A DNA stretch of 64,000 bases from NCBI RefSeq assembly GCF_001194135.2, contig NC_068990.1:2307100-2371099 (forward strand). The letters are read 5' to 3'. The position numbers and the translations under genes are program-made. The notes under the pieces are model-generated. The model saw nothing but the letters and a program-made list of their open reading frames with translations, was not told where the DNA came from and made no database searches. This DNA comes from Octopus bimaculoides (lineage: Eukaryota). Of this stretch, positions 11,961-24,882 are shown piece by piece; the stretch's first letter is position 1, and the number at the start of each line of letters is the position of its first letter.

Positions 11961-14730
11961 AGAATTGGGCTGAAGTGTCTGATGCATTCGTATAGACGGA
12001 AATTTTGGTACTTTTGTCATTTTCGGCAATCTTTATATACTACATGACGTGCGTATATAGTGCAGCATTCATCCTAGAAAAGCATCTAGTATTAATATAT
12101 ATAGTGTTAAAAAGCACAGAATTATCAAGAGTGGACAAAACATATCCAACACCTGCGGTGAAACTGTAAATTCATGAGATCTAAAAAGGTTATAAAGATC
12201 GCTGTTCCGAACTAATACCGTTTCCCGCTAATAACTAACATTTACCTAGCCGGAAGCTATTAAGTCATTAGTCACTGCTTTTCTATATATCAGATCGAAT
12301 GAAGATTGAAGAGTATACTGTGAGAGTGGATACCAACAGATGATGAAGGGAAATCCAGCAGAAATCACTTGATGCAGCAATTCTCTCCCGCCGGGATGAG
12401 CATTGTTTGTCCGTGGCTAATAACTCTGTGCTTTTTAGATTATCCGTCCATACGAGATACTTTATGAAGACGAATACAAAAATATTACGGCGTTCTTAAG
12501 GTATACCTACGCAAAGTCGGATATAAGAATGCTCTCTGTCACTAATATTGCTTCTGTTGCAAATAACTAATATAAGCATTCACTTTTAAACGATAAAAGT
12601 CGCGAATGATTTCGAATATTCGATCAGTCTGATAAAAACGAACAAATCTAAACGCCAAAGTCAGTGTTCATCTTTTCTTTGTAAACATTAATTAATATGT
12701 ATTTTATTATAAGTATTACATCATCCTTCAGTTTATTACTAAAACTTTTAGAATTTGACATGAAAAACCAATGTTATCATAATGATATGTGTGTGTGCTT
12801 GTGTGTGAGTGTGTGTGTGAGCGTGTGTGCATTTGTGTATATCTCTTTATGCATGTAACTTAAACATATTTGTGCACATCCATATATCTAGGCATATGTG
12901 TGATTGTGTATAGGAGTGTGAGCCTCTATCATTTGCTTTTTCCGTTGTAAAATGTTGATCAGTTTCCTCTTGCATCCGTTTTTTGAGACTTCGAATAAAA
13001 TTGCTGCATTGTCAGAGATGTATTTCTGTTATAAAGCTACCTAGAAATTTATTTGAAACAAGAGGAGATAAATACTTGACATGGAATAAGACAAATAAAA
13101 CAAATAATAAGTACAAGCTGAGAGGTTAATAGAGGTAAATAACGAAGTTGAATGATAGGTCAAAAGACGATGGTATGAAATAAATCTCGTATCCTCTTAA
13201 AGAGAAAAATAATTTAAATCGTTTTATATTTCGAGTAAGATTGTTTCATTGTCAGAGATGTATTTCTATCATGAATCTACCTAGAAACTTGAACCCATGT
13301 TGTTATATATGACTGAAGTGTATCAGGATATAACAATAAGGACTGTTAGTGGCTGTTTCGATGTGTATGTACTTCATTCATAAACAGCAATGGGGGAATA
13401 ATATATTTAAGTGAACTTTTATTCTTTTGAGACCACTTCTGCACCTTCTAGTTAATTTAGTTCTTGTCGAAATTAAATGTGGTTAAGTTAATTGAATATG
13501 ACTAGTGTTCCAATATTGTTTGAGATATAGTAAAACATAAATTAAATAAATAAACTTACAATAAAGTATGTGTTCAAACATTGAAAGTTAATCAGATTCT
13601 AAGTAGTGTGGCTCCCTTATTTCTTTATTAATTCTGTTCTAGAATACTTATAATTATTGCGAAAGAGAATTCTAATTATGCTAACTTAATAAATATCATT
13701 GTATTTTGGGAGCGTCATTACACCAATAATGATAGTGCACGCATTGATTTAATATCACTTATTTTTATTGTTAGTCAACTGATTAATATCTAAGCAACTA
13801 TCTAATAAGTCGAGTGGTTAATGTGCTGGTTGAAAAATCAATCGGTTGTCTGTGTGTAAAAGTCAATTCATCGCTATTCGCGAATTCATGAATGACGTGC
13901 GCTCTCTCTTCAAGATCTGACTTCAGTCTGTCTGAGAAATAGTCTTATACCTGCGATTATATATGCCTGTACGCGTGTATGTAGATGTGTCCTTGCTTAC
14001 AAGAAAACGGAAGCGTGAGAGCAAAGGAAGAGTGTGTATGTGAATGCGCGTGTGCATGCGCGTGTGCATGCGCGTGCAGATGTTTGGCTGTGTATATACA
14101 TACACGTGACTGCTGATATGTGTGTTTGTGCGTTTGTACAAAGTGTGCATTAGCCATACTTGACCTCTTTAAGGGTTCGGACTTTTGTGCGAGGTCAGCT
14201 GGGTCTCAAATCTGCTGAGATTTGCCTGTCATCGCGAAAAGATTTATAGTTGTAGCGCCTTATAAGGGAAGGAGAAGGAGAGACCAGGCTATGTGTGTGT
14301 GTGTCTGCACGCTCGAGTGTGTATGTTCTAACGCGCGTGTTTGTTTTGTTGAGGCGGTTCTTTGAGTGATGTGTGTGTGTTCATATGTGTGTCCATGTGT
14401 CAATAAGTGAGTGTTTGGTGATGTGCGTGAATTCCAGTGCGTGTATGTGTCATTTTTTTCTTGAATAGGTAAGTGCCTGTGTGTACGTCTGTGTATGGGT
14501 AAGTGTCCCTGCGTACATGTGTGTGTGTTTGTTTGCATATGTACACGTGCGCTTGCACATGTCTTTGTGTATGTATGTCTGATGCGTGTCCGTGAATGAG
14601 TCGGTAGTTGCGTTATTTTCGTCGCTTTGAGGTCGCGACCTGTTCACTGACAAAATTCCATGTTGAAGTGAATCTAACGGTTTTTGTGTGTTTCTTAAAT
14701 GGCTTATAAACACCTTCCACGCTGCAATTG

Positions 14731-14771
<41 letters not shown>

Positions 14772-14774
14772 GTC

Positions 14775-14985
14775 TATATTTGTTTCCCTGTGTTTGTCCT
14801 GCTACCATCGCTTGAAAACCGATGTTGACGTCTTTACGCCTCCGTAAATTATCGGTTCGGCAGGAGAGACCGAATAAGTGCTGGGCTTGCAAAGAATAAG
14901 TCCTGGGGTCGATTTGTTCGATAAAAGGTGGTGCTCTAGCATGGCCGTTGTCAAATGACTGAAACAATAAAAGGTTACTATACTA
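14775..14985 (+). mobile_element. 3' half of the abundant tRNA-SINE family (same as 61333-61728)
   Basis: gaataagtcctggggtcgatttgttcga..ggtggtgctctagcatggccg..aaatgactgaaacaa matches the reverse complement of 61340-61430. Confidence 0.85.
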
Positions 14986-15150
14986 TTGTTTCCTTTATGA
15001 TAAATCAGTCTCAGAGGATTCATTATTCTTCATCCCTCGATGGGGTATTATTTCAATAAACCCCGAGATAACGTTACCTGTTTTATATTCTCTAATTTGT
15101 TTTACTTCAAATATATCCCACGTCTGAGTTATTTCCCTCAGTTCATTTTC

Positions 15151-15164
<14 letters not shown>

Positions 15165-15184
<20 letters not shown>

Positions 15185-15261
15185 TTATACACACATGCAA
15201 TGCACATACACATGCAATGCACACACACATACATACACACATATATATAAGCATATATGTA

Positions 15262-15307
<46 letters not shown>

Positions 15308-16150
15308 NNNNNNNNNNNNNNNNNNNNNNNNNNNNNNNNNNNNNNNNNNNNNNNNNNNNNNNNNNNNNNNNNNNNNNNNNNNNNNNNNNNNNNNNNNNNN
15401 NNNNNNNNNNNNNNNNNNNNNNNNNNNNNNNNNNNNNNNNNNNNNNNNNNNNNNNNNNNNNNNNNNNNNNNNNNNNNNNNNNNNNNNNNNNNNNNNNNNN
15501 NNNNNNNNNNNNNNNNNNNNNNNNNNNNNNNNNNNNNNNNNNNNNNNNNNNNNNNNNNNNNNNNNNNNNNNNNNNNNNNNNNNNNNNNNNNNNNNNNNNN
15601 NNNNNNNNNNNNNNNNNNNNNNNNNNNNNNNNNNNNNNNNNNNNNNNNNNNNNNNNNNNNNNNNNNNNNNNNNNNNNNNNNNNNNNNNNNNNNNNNNNNN
15701 NNNNNNNNNNNNNNNNNNNNNNNNNNNNNNNNNNNNNNNNNNNNNNNNNNNNNNNNNNNNNNNNNNNNNNNNNNNNNNNNNNNNNNNNNNNNNNNNNNNN
15801 NNNNNNNNNNNNNNNNNNNNNNNNNNNNNNNNNNNNNNNNNNNNNNNNNNNNNNNNNNNNNNNNNNNNNNNNNNNNNNNNNNNNNNNNNNNNNNNNNNNN
15901 NNNNNNNNNNNNNNNNNNNNNNNNNNNNNNNNNNNNNNNNNNNNNNNNNNNNNNNNNNNNNNNNNNNNNNNNNNNNNNNNNNNNNNNNNNNNNNNNNNNN
16001 NNNNNNNNNNNNNNNNNNNNNNNNNNNNNNNNNNNNNNNNNNNNNNNNNNNNNNNNNNNNNNNNNNNNNTATATATATATATATATATACATATATATAC
16101 ATATACACAAACACGCGCACGCACACATATATATATATACACACACATAC
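15165..16150. repeat. (CA)n/(TA)n tracts flanking an assembly gap (N 15308-16070)
   Basis: Read directly. Confidence 0.95.
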
Positions 16151-17081
16151 ACTGGTTTGACTACTCTCTCCCTAAATTTATGTTCCCGTTACGTTATATA
16201 TTTTCTAGAAAAACATATGATCTATGTATACAGTGTATATATACAGAGAGCATTATTTCCAGAGAATATAAAACTTAACGAGAAGAATTTAGGGAAGGAG
16301 AACATAGTCAAACCAGTATAAATGAGTGCAGGAGACTAGAATGTTGATAGAGTCCCTTTGATAAGAATCGCTTTTGCTATCTTTTACTTTTCCGATATTT
16401 TTTCGACAGCGTAGTTTAGAAAAAAAAAAAAAATACGAAACAAATATATTTCAAAAAGCTAATTTATTATGTTTTGGAGATTCTCCAAATATTGACATAT
16501 TATTTCTCTCTCGAATCATGCTAACTTTCGTGTATGCGATGTATGTATGTATGTATGTATGTATGTATGTATGAGATGCGTGCATGAATGCACGCATGCA
16601 TCTCTGTATATGGACGTGTCTATATATATATATTTATATATAATATATATAAGTACATATTTGTACACACACACACGCACATATATATGTAGGTATGCAT
16701 ATATGCATATACATACATATACATACATATATATATACATATATATATTAATATTAATATCAATATATGTGCTTATTTGTATATTTGTATATATGAATGT
16801 GTGATACTTTTTTCTCTTCAAGAGGCTTTCGCTTTGAAAACGTAGCTATAAAGACTTGATGCTCCAATATGTTTGCAAAGATATACTGATACTGCATTGT
16901 GCATAAAAAGATGATTTCTTTGTCAACTTAGCCGTTGTGAGTTGTCTCTTTTTCTCTCTCTGTTTTTATGTTGTGCGATTTATATTTTTATATTGAATAT
17001 AATATACTAATGTATTGTGTAGGATATTTTTCTCTTGACATCCAGCCGCGAACCTGGCGTATTATTGATACTGAATCTCAA

Positions 17082-17115
<34 letters not shown>

Positions 17116-17299
17116 NNNNNNNNNNNNNNNNNNNNNNNNNNNNNNNNNNNNNNNNNNNNNNNNNNNNNNNNNNNNNNNNNNNNNNNNNNNNNNNNNNNNN
17201 NNNNNNNNNNNNNNNNNNNNNNNNNNNNNNNNNNNNNNNNNNNNNNNNNNNNNNNNNNNNNNNNNNNNNNNNNNNNNNNNNNNNNNNNNNNNNNNNNNN

Positions 17300-17335
<36 letters not shown>

Positions 17336-18727
17336 CTGAGTGTGTGTGTTTGTGTTTGTGTGTGTGTGTGTGTTTTTTTTTTCATTTCAAAGTTTCAGCT
17401 CAGAGCTGCGGCCATGCTGATGCACCACCGTGTGTACATATAAAGATGTTCTACCTTTTGCTGCTGGGGTTCATGTTGTTGCTCTTTAACCATAGGTTAG
17501 CCGTTGATCATATTGAGCTATCAACAAAAAATTGAACAATTAGCAGCTGAGGTTTCCTCGGACCCAGTGAGGTACAATAATTGAAGGTAGATTTAGCTTT
17601 AATTTCTCAATCACCGAGAATGTTTCTTGTGTTATAGTCTTTATAGTTGGTGCTGTATTGTGTAAGGTCACCCTTTATCAAACAGACCGTGTACATCCAC
17701 TAGATTTCCATTTCCGAATTTGTATAGTGCTCCATTATACACTCTATCGTTTCCTTGCTAAGGCAGTATGGTGTAAGCTTTATTTGAGATTCAGCACTTA
17801 TTCGTAATAGGTCATGGTAATATGTAGAAGTCCCTTTCGCTAGCCCATTGCATTTGAAGGCTTTCTGTGGTTAAATTATAGAAATATAAATAATGATGTC
17901 ACTACTTGATACAATTCATTTTACATTTCAAAGCCACACACTGAGCTTAAGTTATAGAATGACATAAAACAAAATTTTGATATTTTGCTACCGAGATTAA
18001 AAACCTTCACCGATCTAAATGTCATTTATTATTTTTATTCATACAACGAATTTGTTTGCCGTCCAATGTTCATTTGAAAATTTCATTGTGCTTATTTTTT
18101 CAACCAATATCACTTGAACTTGTCTTAATATTTTGAAGCTTATCAAGGATTTATTCATTACATTTATCTCTTCTCTAGGATAGATAGTATAATTTACGAA
18201 ACATTTTCCCCTGTGCGATGATATATGGATTTAACATTGAAATTAGACAAATCCTTATCAATTATATATCTGAACGAGAGCTTTGTAACTATGTCAGAAA
18301 TCAATTTTTTATCGACTAGTGTTACATACTTTGAAAACGAAAGATATCTGTTTCTGATCTCCGAGAATATCAGCCAGCTGTCCACATAAATTTGCTAATT
18401 TATTGCATTTCATATGATTTCGTGTCTATATATAATCTGCAGTATTTTTACTTAAATTTGAGTATTATGTAAGTTAAAGAATTTCTAAAGCCATCCAAGC
18501 AAGCGATATCTTATGAACAAAGTACCATCTGATTTATACCCCTTTACATAAATGGAGTTCTATATTATTCATAATTTGTTTTATGTCTCGCTGTGCGTTG
18601 AAAATAACCGTGTCTTTGTTTGTGCGAGAAATGGATATTGATGTATGTGCAAATCTATATTCTCGACTAAAACCCTTCATTAAGGCCACAATGCAATGAT
18701 AAAAATGAGTAACTAAATGTGTAACTG

Positions 18728-18730
<3 letters not shown>

Positions 18731-18793
<63 letters not shown>

Positions 18794-18801
18794 TGTGTGT
18801 A
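18731..18801. repeat. (TG)n microsatellite
   Basis: Near-perfect TG run. Confidence 0.95.
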
Positions 18802-19984
18802 TGAAAATATAACGGACATTGTTATAAATATTGATTTCTTAGATAGGCATTAAGCATCATGTGTGGGGATATCTAGAATTGATTATATCGAAACCAGTAT
18901 TTGACTGTTAATTATTTTGACATCGGAGTAATTTGAAATTCAAATGGTTGAAATCAGAGCTGCATCGAAATACAGAAAGTGATTCTCTTCAGCCCACCAC
19001 CCGAGTTTTCGCAGTTGCTAATGCGTTAACATATTGAGAGACGCAATAGTGATCTTAAAATAGGCACGGTTGTATTTGAAAGGATAATTCTAGCGAAACT
19101 GTGTAAATTATTGAATTAATTTTCGAAGGAAATGCATAAACAACAACGTATTAAAACAGAATATCTCGCCAAAATGGAAAAGAAAAATAGAAACGTAAAG
19201 AAGATATAAAATATATATCAATTTTTAAGATTTTTAAGTTACCGAAGAACGTATATTATCTTGTGTTCTAAAACCCTGAAATGTCTTAGAAGACAGCTAA
19301 ATAGCTTTATTTGAAAGACTACTTTCGAATATACTAAGATAACGAGACAATAATTCTGTCAAATTCATTGGGCAAGTATGTACTTGTAGCAATATATGAA
19401 GACATTGGTTTAAACAGGCAACAATAACTGTCAAGGAACTAAATTAGATTTTACGGAATAGAGCGTATCAAGTTTTAATGACCCGCTATAGATAATATTT
19501 GTTTCATTTCGTGAAAGAAATTATATATGGTTTCAGAGAAATGAAGGTGCGTAAGGTAAAAGAAGGTCGACAGTTTCTTTCAAAAATAAATAAACAATGC
19601 CATACAAAAATTAATTAAACTCGAAAATATATCTTAAATGTATTACTCGATATTTGTGGAGCTGTTTTAGAGAGAATACAAAATGTAGTCTGTAAATTAT
19701 TGTCATACCGTAATTCTGTTACAAAGTAAAAAAAGGCAAAAAAAAAACATGGAAGCATTGTTTCGAATACAACGTGCATGAAATTTTAATGTCCTTATCA
19801 AACACCCGGAAATAAAAACCACACACACACACATACACACACACACAAATATATAAAAGTATGTAATTAAAACATTATATATTTTTATAGATGTAAATAT
19901 TTAGCTTTCTCTACACTCCCACACATACATACATGCATACATATATACATACATACATACATACATATGTACATACATCTTCTA

Positions 19985-20320
19985 TCATTTTATTTGTTTC
20001 CGTAATTAAACTGTGGCCATGCTGGGGCATTGACTTCAAAAATTTTAGTCGAACGAATCGACCCCAGTACTTATCCTATTTTACTGCTTGGTACATAAAT
20101 TATCGGGCTAGATTACCAGTTGTCAAATGGTGAGGAACAAATCCAGACACGCACATAAGGACACAAGTACACATATTTTTAACACGGACTTATTTCCGTT
20201 ACGCATCCATCTAGACAAGACTTCGTAAAATCCAAAACGGATCAACAAATAGAATTATAGTGATACATCTGTACATCACAAGGTTTGAGTGACAAAAGTT
20301 TGTACAACACTTTTACCACA
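19985..20320 (-). mobile_element. Decayed near-full-length SINE (abundant family)
   Basis: actgtggccatgctggggca..tagtcgaacgaatcgaccccagtact tail signature; decayed head ending ttttaccacac. Confidence 0.7.
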
Positions 20321-20548
20321 CTCTCGGGCTCCATAGCAGATTCTAGCGATAAGCATGGTGGTAAGGTAAGAGGTACTATTATGACTGCACGTTTTGCGTC
20401 AGAGTACCTTTCTCCTAGCAGAGCTGACTTCGCCATGGTTTTGTCAAAGATAACTGGAACTTGTACTATTTAACCTTTAGATGAGACACTGAGAGAACGA
20501 CTCCGTGAGTAATGGTTCCTAAGGGGTGATTGCATGCTCCCCATAACC

Positions 20549-20582
<34 letters not shown>

Positions 20583-20584
<2 letters not shown>

Positions 20585-20670
20585 GTCGACTTTCTGTGCA
20601 TCATTTTGTGGTTATGAGTGAATCTAAAGTCACACATCCCACATCTGTTCCCACTCAGTTGCACCCAACA
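20583..20670 (-). mobile_element. Small R4/Dong-like REL-domain fragment
   Basis: CDFRFTHNHKMMHRKS in ORF 20470-20673 resembles WDFxIQTDHxIxHRRPD; compare LWDFNKQTDRVIEARRSD at 7980-8035. Confidence 0.4.
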
Positions 20671-21315
20671 CAATGTTAAATATTTGGTGCAACATTTTCT
20701 CTCTTTTCTGTCTATTTTTAGCTGAACGTATCGACGCCAGAATTTTTTTCAGTTTTATTTTTGGGAGTTATTATACTGCAGTCATGCTGGGACACCGCCT
20801 TGAAGAATTTTTAGTTGAATGTATCAACGCCAGAATTCTTTTATATTTTTACTTGTTGCTGGAGTTATTAGACTACGGTCATGCTGGGACAACGCTTTCT
20901 AAGAATCTTTAGTCGCAGAAAGATCAGCAGTTTAAAATTCAAATTTAAATTCTTATGTTTTCTTCACTCAGCACTTACAGATTAATGAGAATGAGCTGAG
21001 CTTTTGAACTTGTTCCGGCCGTTGAAGGTCTAACAGAATTATGGCAGCGAAAGCAAGTCATTCAGATATACTTCTTATCGTTTTATGTTTCTACACATTT
21101 CTTGAAGTAAATGCTTTCCCTTTTGTTAGAATTCAGACAATACATACATTGAGTAGGAAAGAGTCTTGTGTTCTGTTATTCTACTCTACTTACTTATTTC
21201 TGATTCAACATATTCTCTTTACTTAAAAATTGGAATTTTGGAAAATAAAATTTTTGTCTTTTTTACAACCGCGATTTCCGTTTTGTTTACGTAAAATTAT
21301 AGGAATTTTAAAAAA

Positions 21316-21715
21316 GATTTGGCTGTTATTTCTAGCATGCGGAGTGACCTTGCAGGCTTAACTTGATGTGCTGATTGAAAATCACCTAAAATAAATTCTG
21401 GAGTCAATACCTTCGACTAAAAATTCCTCAAGGCGCTGCCCCAGCATGGCCGCAGTCCAATGACTGAAACAAGTAAAAAGATTTCTAGAAAATGAAAAAA
21501 ATCTTAAAATAATTAAAAAATATAATCGAGGGGCTTATAAAAGATTTTCAAGTGATTTGGCTGTTATTTCTAGCATGTGGAGAGATCTTCTAGGCTTAAC
21601 TTCATGCACTGGTTGAAAATCATTAATAAAAATCTGGAATCAATACATTTGATTGAAAATTCCCCAAGGTGGTGCCTCAGCATGACCACAGCCCGCGACA
21701 AGTAAAAATAAAGCA
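21316..21715 (+). mobile_element. Two tandem copies (21316-21483, 21554-21715) of a repeat ending in the SINE 3' tail
   Basis: Both start gatttggctgttatttctagcatg and end with a ccagcatggccgcag/aagtaaaa-type tail. Confidence 0.75.
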
Positions 21716-22037
21716 AAACAACGAAAAAAATAACTGAAAAATATCACCGTGTGCATTTTGTCCGAGGGGATTTTGTCCACTTTCACATTTTTAACTATGG
21801 GGCTTTTGTCCTGGGATACTTTTGTCCCTGGGGATTTTTGTACGGATCCCTTCACTTCACTATTTTCTTTCTTTTTTGCTATTTCTCCATATAGTGTACC
21901 ATATTTTGAAATACTTGCAATTTGTATTTTTTCTGCTTATGTTTGCTTCAATTGATAAATTTCCGAAATTAAAAATATTAATATACAAAATATACTTCAT
22001 ATTATTACGTATAGAATACATTCATGCGATAAATATT

Positions 22038-22523
22038 GTTTATCGACTATCTTCAAAATGGGCACACCATCAATTTAAAGATCAATGCCAACTTGCTAAG
22101 GCAGTTACAAAAAGCTATTAAGACCAAGCGCCCAGAAAAACTGATGAATAGGGTCTTGTTTTATTAGGACAATGCTTCTGCACACAGGTCCTTGGTTTCA
22201 ATGGCTGCTGTATGTGAATGGCTTTGAACTGTTTCTTCACCCTCCCTATTTTAGTGATTTGATTCCATCTAATTATCATCTATTTCGCAAAATAAAAGAC
22301 ACTCGGCTGGGCACCAGTATCGCTGTGATGATGACGTCGTATCTGTTGTTGATAACTATTTTGACCAATACGATAGCTTCTTCACCAATGCGATCCACAC
22401 ACTGCAACTACTTATGAAAGTGAATGGACAGTAAGAGGAGCTATGTTAAAAAATGAACTTCATTTAGTCCCATTCTATGAGAGTGTCTTACTCCGCCTAT
22501 GAACATTTCAGACAATCTTCATA
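22038..22523 (+). mobile_element. mariner transposon, 3' half, pseudogenised
   Basis: FIDYLQNGHTIN..NLLRQLQKAIKTKRP..VLF.*DNASAH..GFELFLHPPYFSDLIPSNYHLF (HPPYSPDLAPSDY motif); ends in a TIR-like cctatgaacatttcagacaatcttcata. Confidence 0.85.
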
Positions 22524-23642
22524 ATAATAAAAGTTATTATTATACTTGCATTTGTTTAAATCTTAACATTGAAAAATACACTTTCCCCGTAAAAAAAAAA
22601 TTGGACCTGGGTTTGCACGCCCTAAGCAAATTTTGTTCCCGGGCCAGTGGGAGGAGGAGTGAGTACAGGGTAGGATGAAGTACTGGGAAATTTGGAGAAG
22701 TGAGTTGAGTTGACAGGTAAGAAGAGGATGTACTTTAATGGATAATTGCCTGCTATTTCTAATTATTTAATCAAGTTGTTCTTACTATTTAGTTGCATGT
22801 TATATCTGGTTCGTCCAATATGTAAATAAAAGCTTGTCAAGCGATTCTGTTTTCAAGAAATTCTTGTTATATGTGTGTTTTCAGTTTTACAACAGAGTAC
22901 ATGATTTGCGATAAGTTTGGTTAATGTTTGCATGTAAAATACTCTGAAAGTATATTGTGGGAATCAGAACATGATTTGTAAAGAGGTCATTCGCATGCTA
23001 TTATGCCATGGAGTGTATAATCACTGAACCCAGAAACATTTTAAAACGCTAACAAGCAACTGAAAACAATTGTTTTTGTCTTTTTATTTTTAATAAAAGG
23101 GTTGGAAATTTCCGTGAAAGCTTATGGCATTTATTACTTTGAATTGCACTTGATTTTTAGAGGATATTGCTGTTATTAAGTATATTTAGCCGTACTTATT
23201 TTAAAATGAACTGCAATTTTTTTAGAATATTGAATATGTAGGTATGTAGGTTATGGAAAACATATTTCATTTACAAAAAAGACAATAAATTACATATCAA
23301 AAATGTAACTCGTACACCTCATTTATATAAGTATATATCTATAAAGAACGTAGAGTGTATGGGCTAGCGTCTATCGATTTTCTGCCTACCTACGTTTATA
23401 TATATATCTGTGTGTGAAGTTTGTGTATATGTCTCTGTACGTCTGTGTCGTGTATATATACATACATACATACATACATACATACATACAAACAAACATA
23501 CATACATACATACATACATATTTCTTACCATATACACAAAACTGAGATGCATATGCATTAATGAACACGCCTTGAATGCGCGAAATATGTAAATAATGAA
23601 TAACATATCAAAATGTATATAACATACAGTTATTCTTTTAAT

Positions 23643-23846
23643 CTTTTACACATTTCACTCATTTGACTGCGGCCATACCGCAGCACTACCTTTAGTCAAA
23701 GAAATCGACCCGGGACTTATTATTTGTAAGCCTAGTATTTATTTTATCGTCCTCTTTCACCGAACCGCTAAGTTAGGCGGCATAAACACACCAACATTAG
23801 TTGTGAAGCGATGGTGAAGGGACAAACACAGGCACAAAGACACACA

Positions 23847-23902
<56 letters not shown>
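23643..23902 (-). mobile_element. SINE (abundant family), 3' part running into (CA)n and a gap
   Basis: atttgactgcggccatacc..tttagtcaaagaaatcgacccgggacttatt..ccgaaccgctaagtta. Confidence 0.85.
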
Positions 23903-24097
23903 NNNNNNNNNNNNNNNNNNNNNNNNNNNNNNNNNNNNNNNNNNNNNNNNNNNNNNNNNNNNNNNNNNNNNNNNNNNNNNNNNNNNNNNNNNNNNNNNNN
24001 NNNNNNNNNNNNNNNNNNNNNNNNNNNNNNNNNNNNNNNNNNNNNNNNNNNNNNNNNNNNNNNNNNNNNNNNNNNNNNNNNNNNNNNNNNNNNNNNN

Positions 24098-24882
24098 TTA
24101 AATTCAGATGCACATATCTCGGCTCAAACAAAACAATTTATTTATACCAGTGGTGTAAAACGTCTGCGTTCTGGTGGCGATGAAGTCGTTGAAGTTCCGT
24201 GGAGCTTCGTCGGTGTCCAACCACTGAGCTGAGCGTCGACGGTTGTCGTAAAGAATCCACTTTTTATCACAAGTCACAATCTGGTCGAGAAACGGGTCGT
24301 TCTTCTTGCGTAAAAGAAGGGAAGACGACACCTCAACACGGCGTTTTTTTTTTTTTTTTGGTTGTCATTCAACTCGTGCGGCACCCATTTCTCAAGTATT
24401 CTTGTTTTCCCAATCTCTTTCAAGTTGTTGGAAATTGTCGTATAAGTTACGTCTAATTCAGAAGCAAGCTCTCGAAGAGTTGTGCGTGGATTGGCTTCGA
24501 CTAAAGCTCTTAGTTGATCGTAGTCAACATCCGATGGCCGACCACTACACTTATCGTCTTCAAGACTCTCGTCACCGCTACGTAACTTCTTGAACCACTA
24601 TTTTACTATACTTTCATTAGTGGTTTCAGCAGCTTTTCGGCCTAGCTTGAACTGGAATAAAAAAAATTATGCGAATTAGCTTTTGTCCATGTTGTATTCA
24701 ACGTTCCGAAAAAAAATGGCCGTATTATTCAAAATGAAAAAGAGTAACACGGTTAGATAGAGCGAAAAACGGGCTTTAAAATGATATATAAAGTCAAAGT
24801 AATTTAACGAAAATTAATTCGAAAATGCATAATTTAAAACCAAAATTTAAAATTCCGCAAGAACTTTCTTGACAACCTAATA
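24098..24882 (-). mobile_element. mariner transposon with internal deletion of the catalytic core
   Basis: 5' TIR tattaggttgtcaagaaagttcttgcgg (24882 downward); ATG at 24690; ..GRPSDVD..KWVPHELNDNQ..PFLDQIVTCDKKWILYDNRRRSAQWLDTDEAPRNF joined directly to FNDFIATRTQTFYTTGINKL. The 3' TIR probably lies in gap 23903-24097. Confidence 0.92.

Noticed and set aside
14630-14641. Perfect 12-bp palindrome aggtcgcgacct
   Set aside because: Length is at chance level and it appears to lie in a dispersed repeat next to a SINE.
17505-17580. Short open frame (SYQQKIEQLAAEVSSDPV) between AG and GT
   Set aside because: Weak splice context and no recognisable homology.
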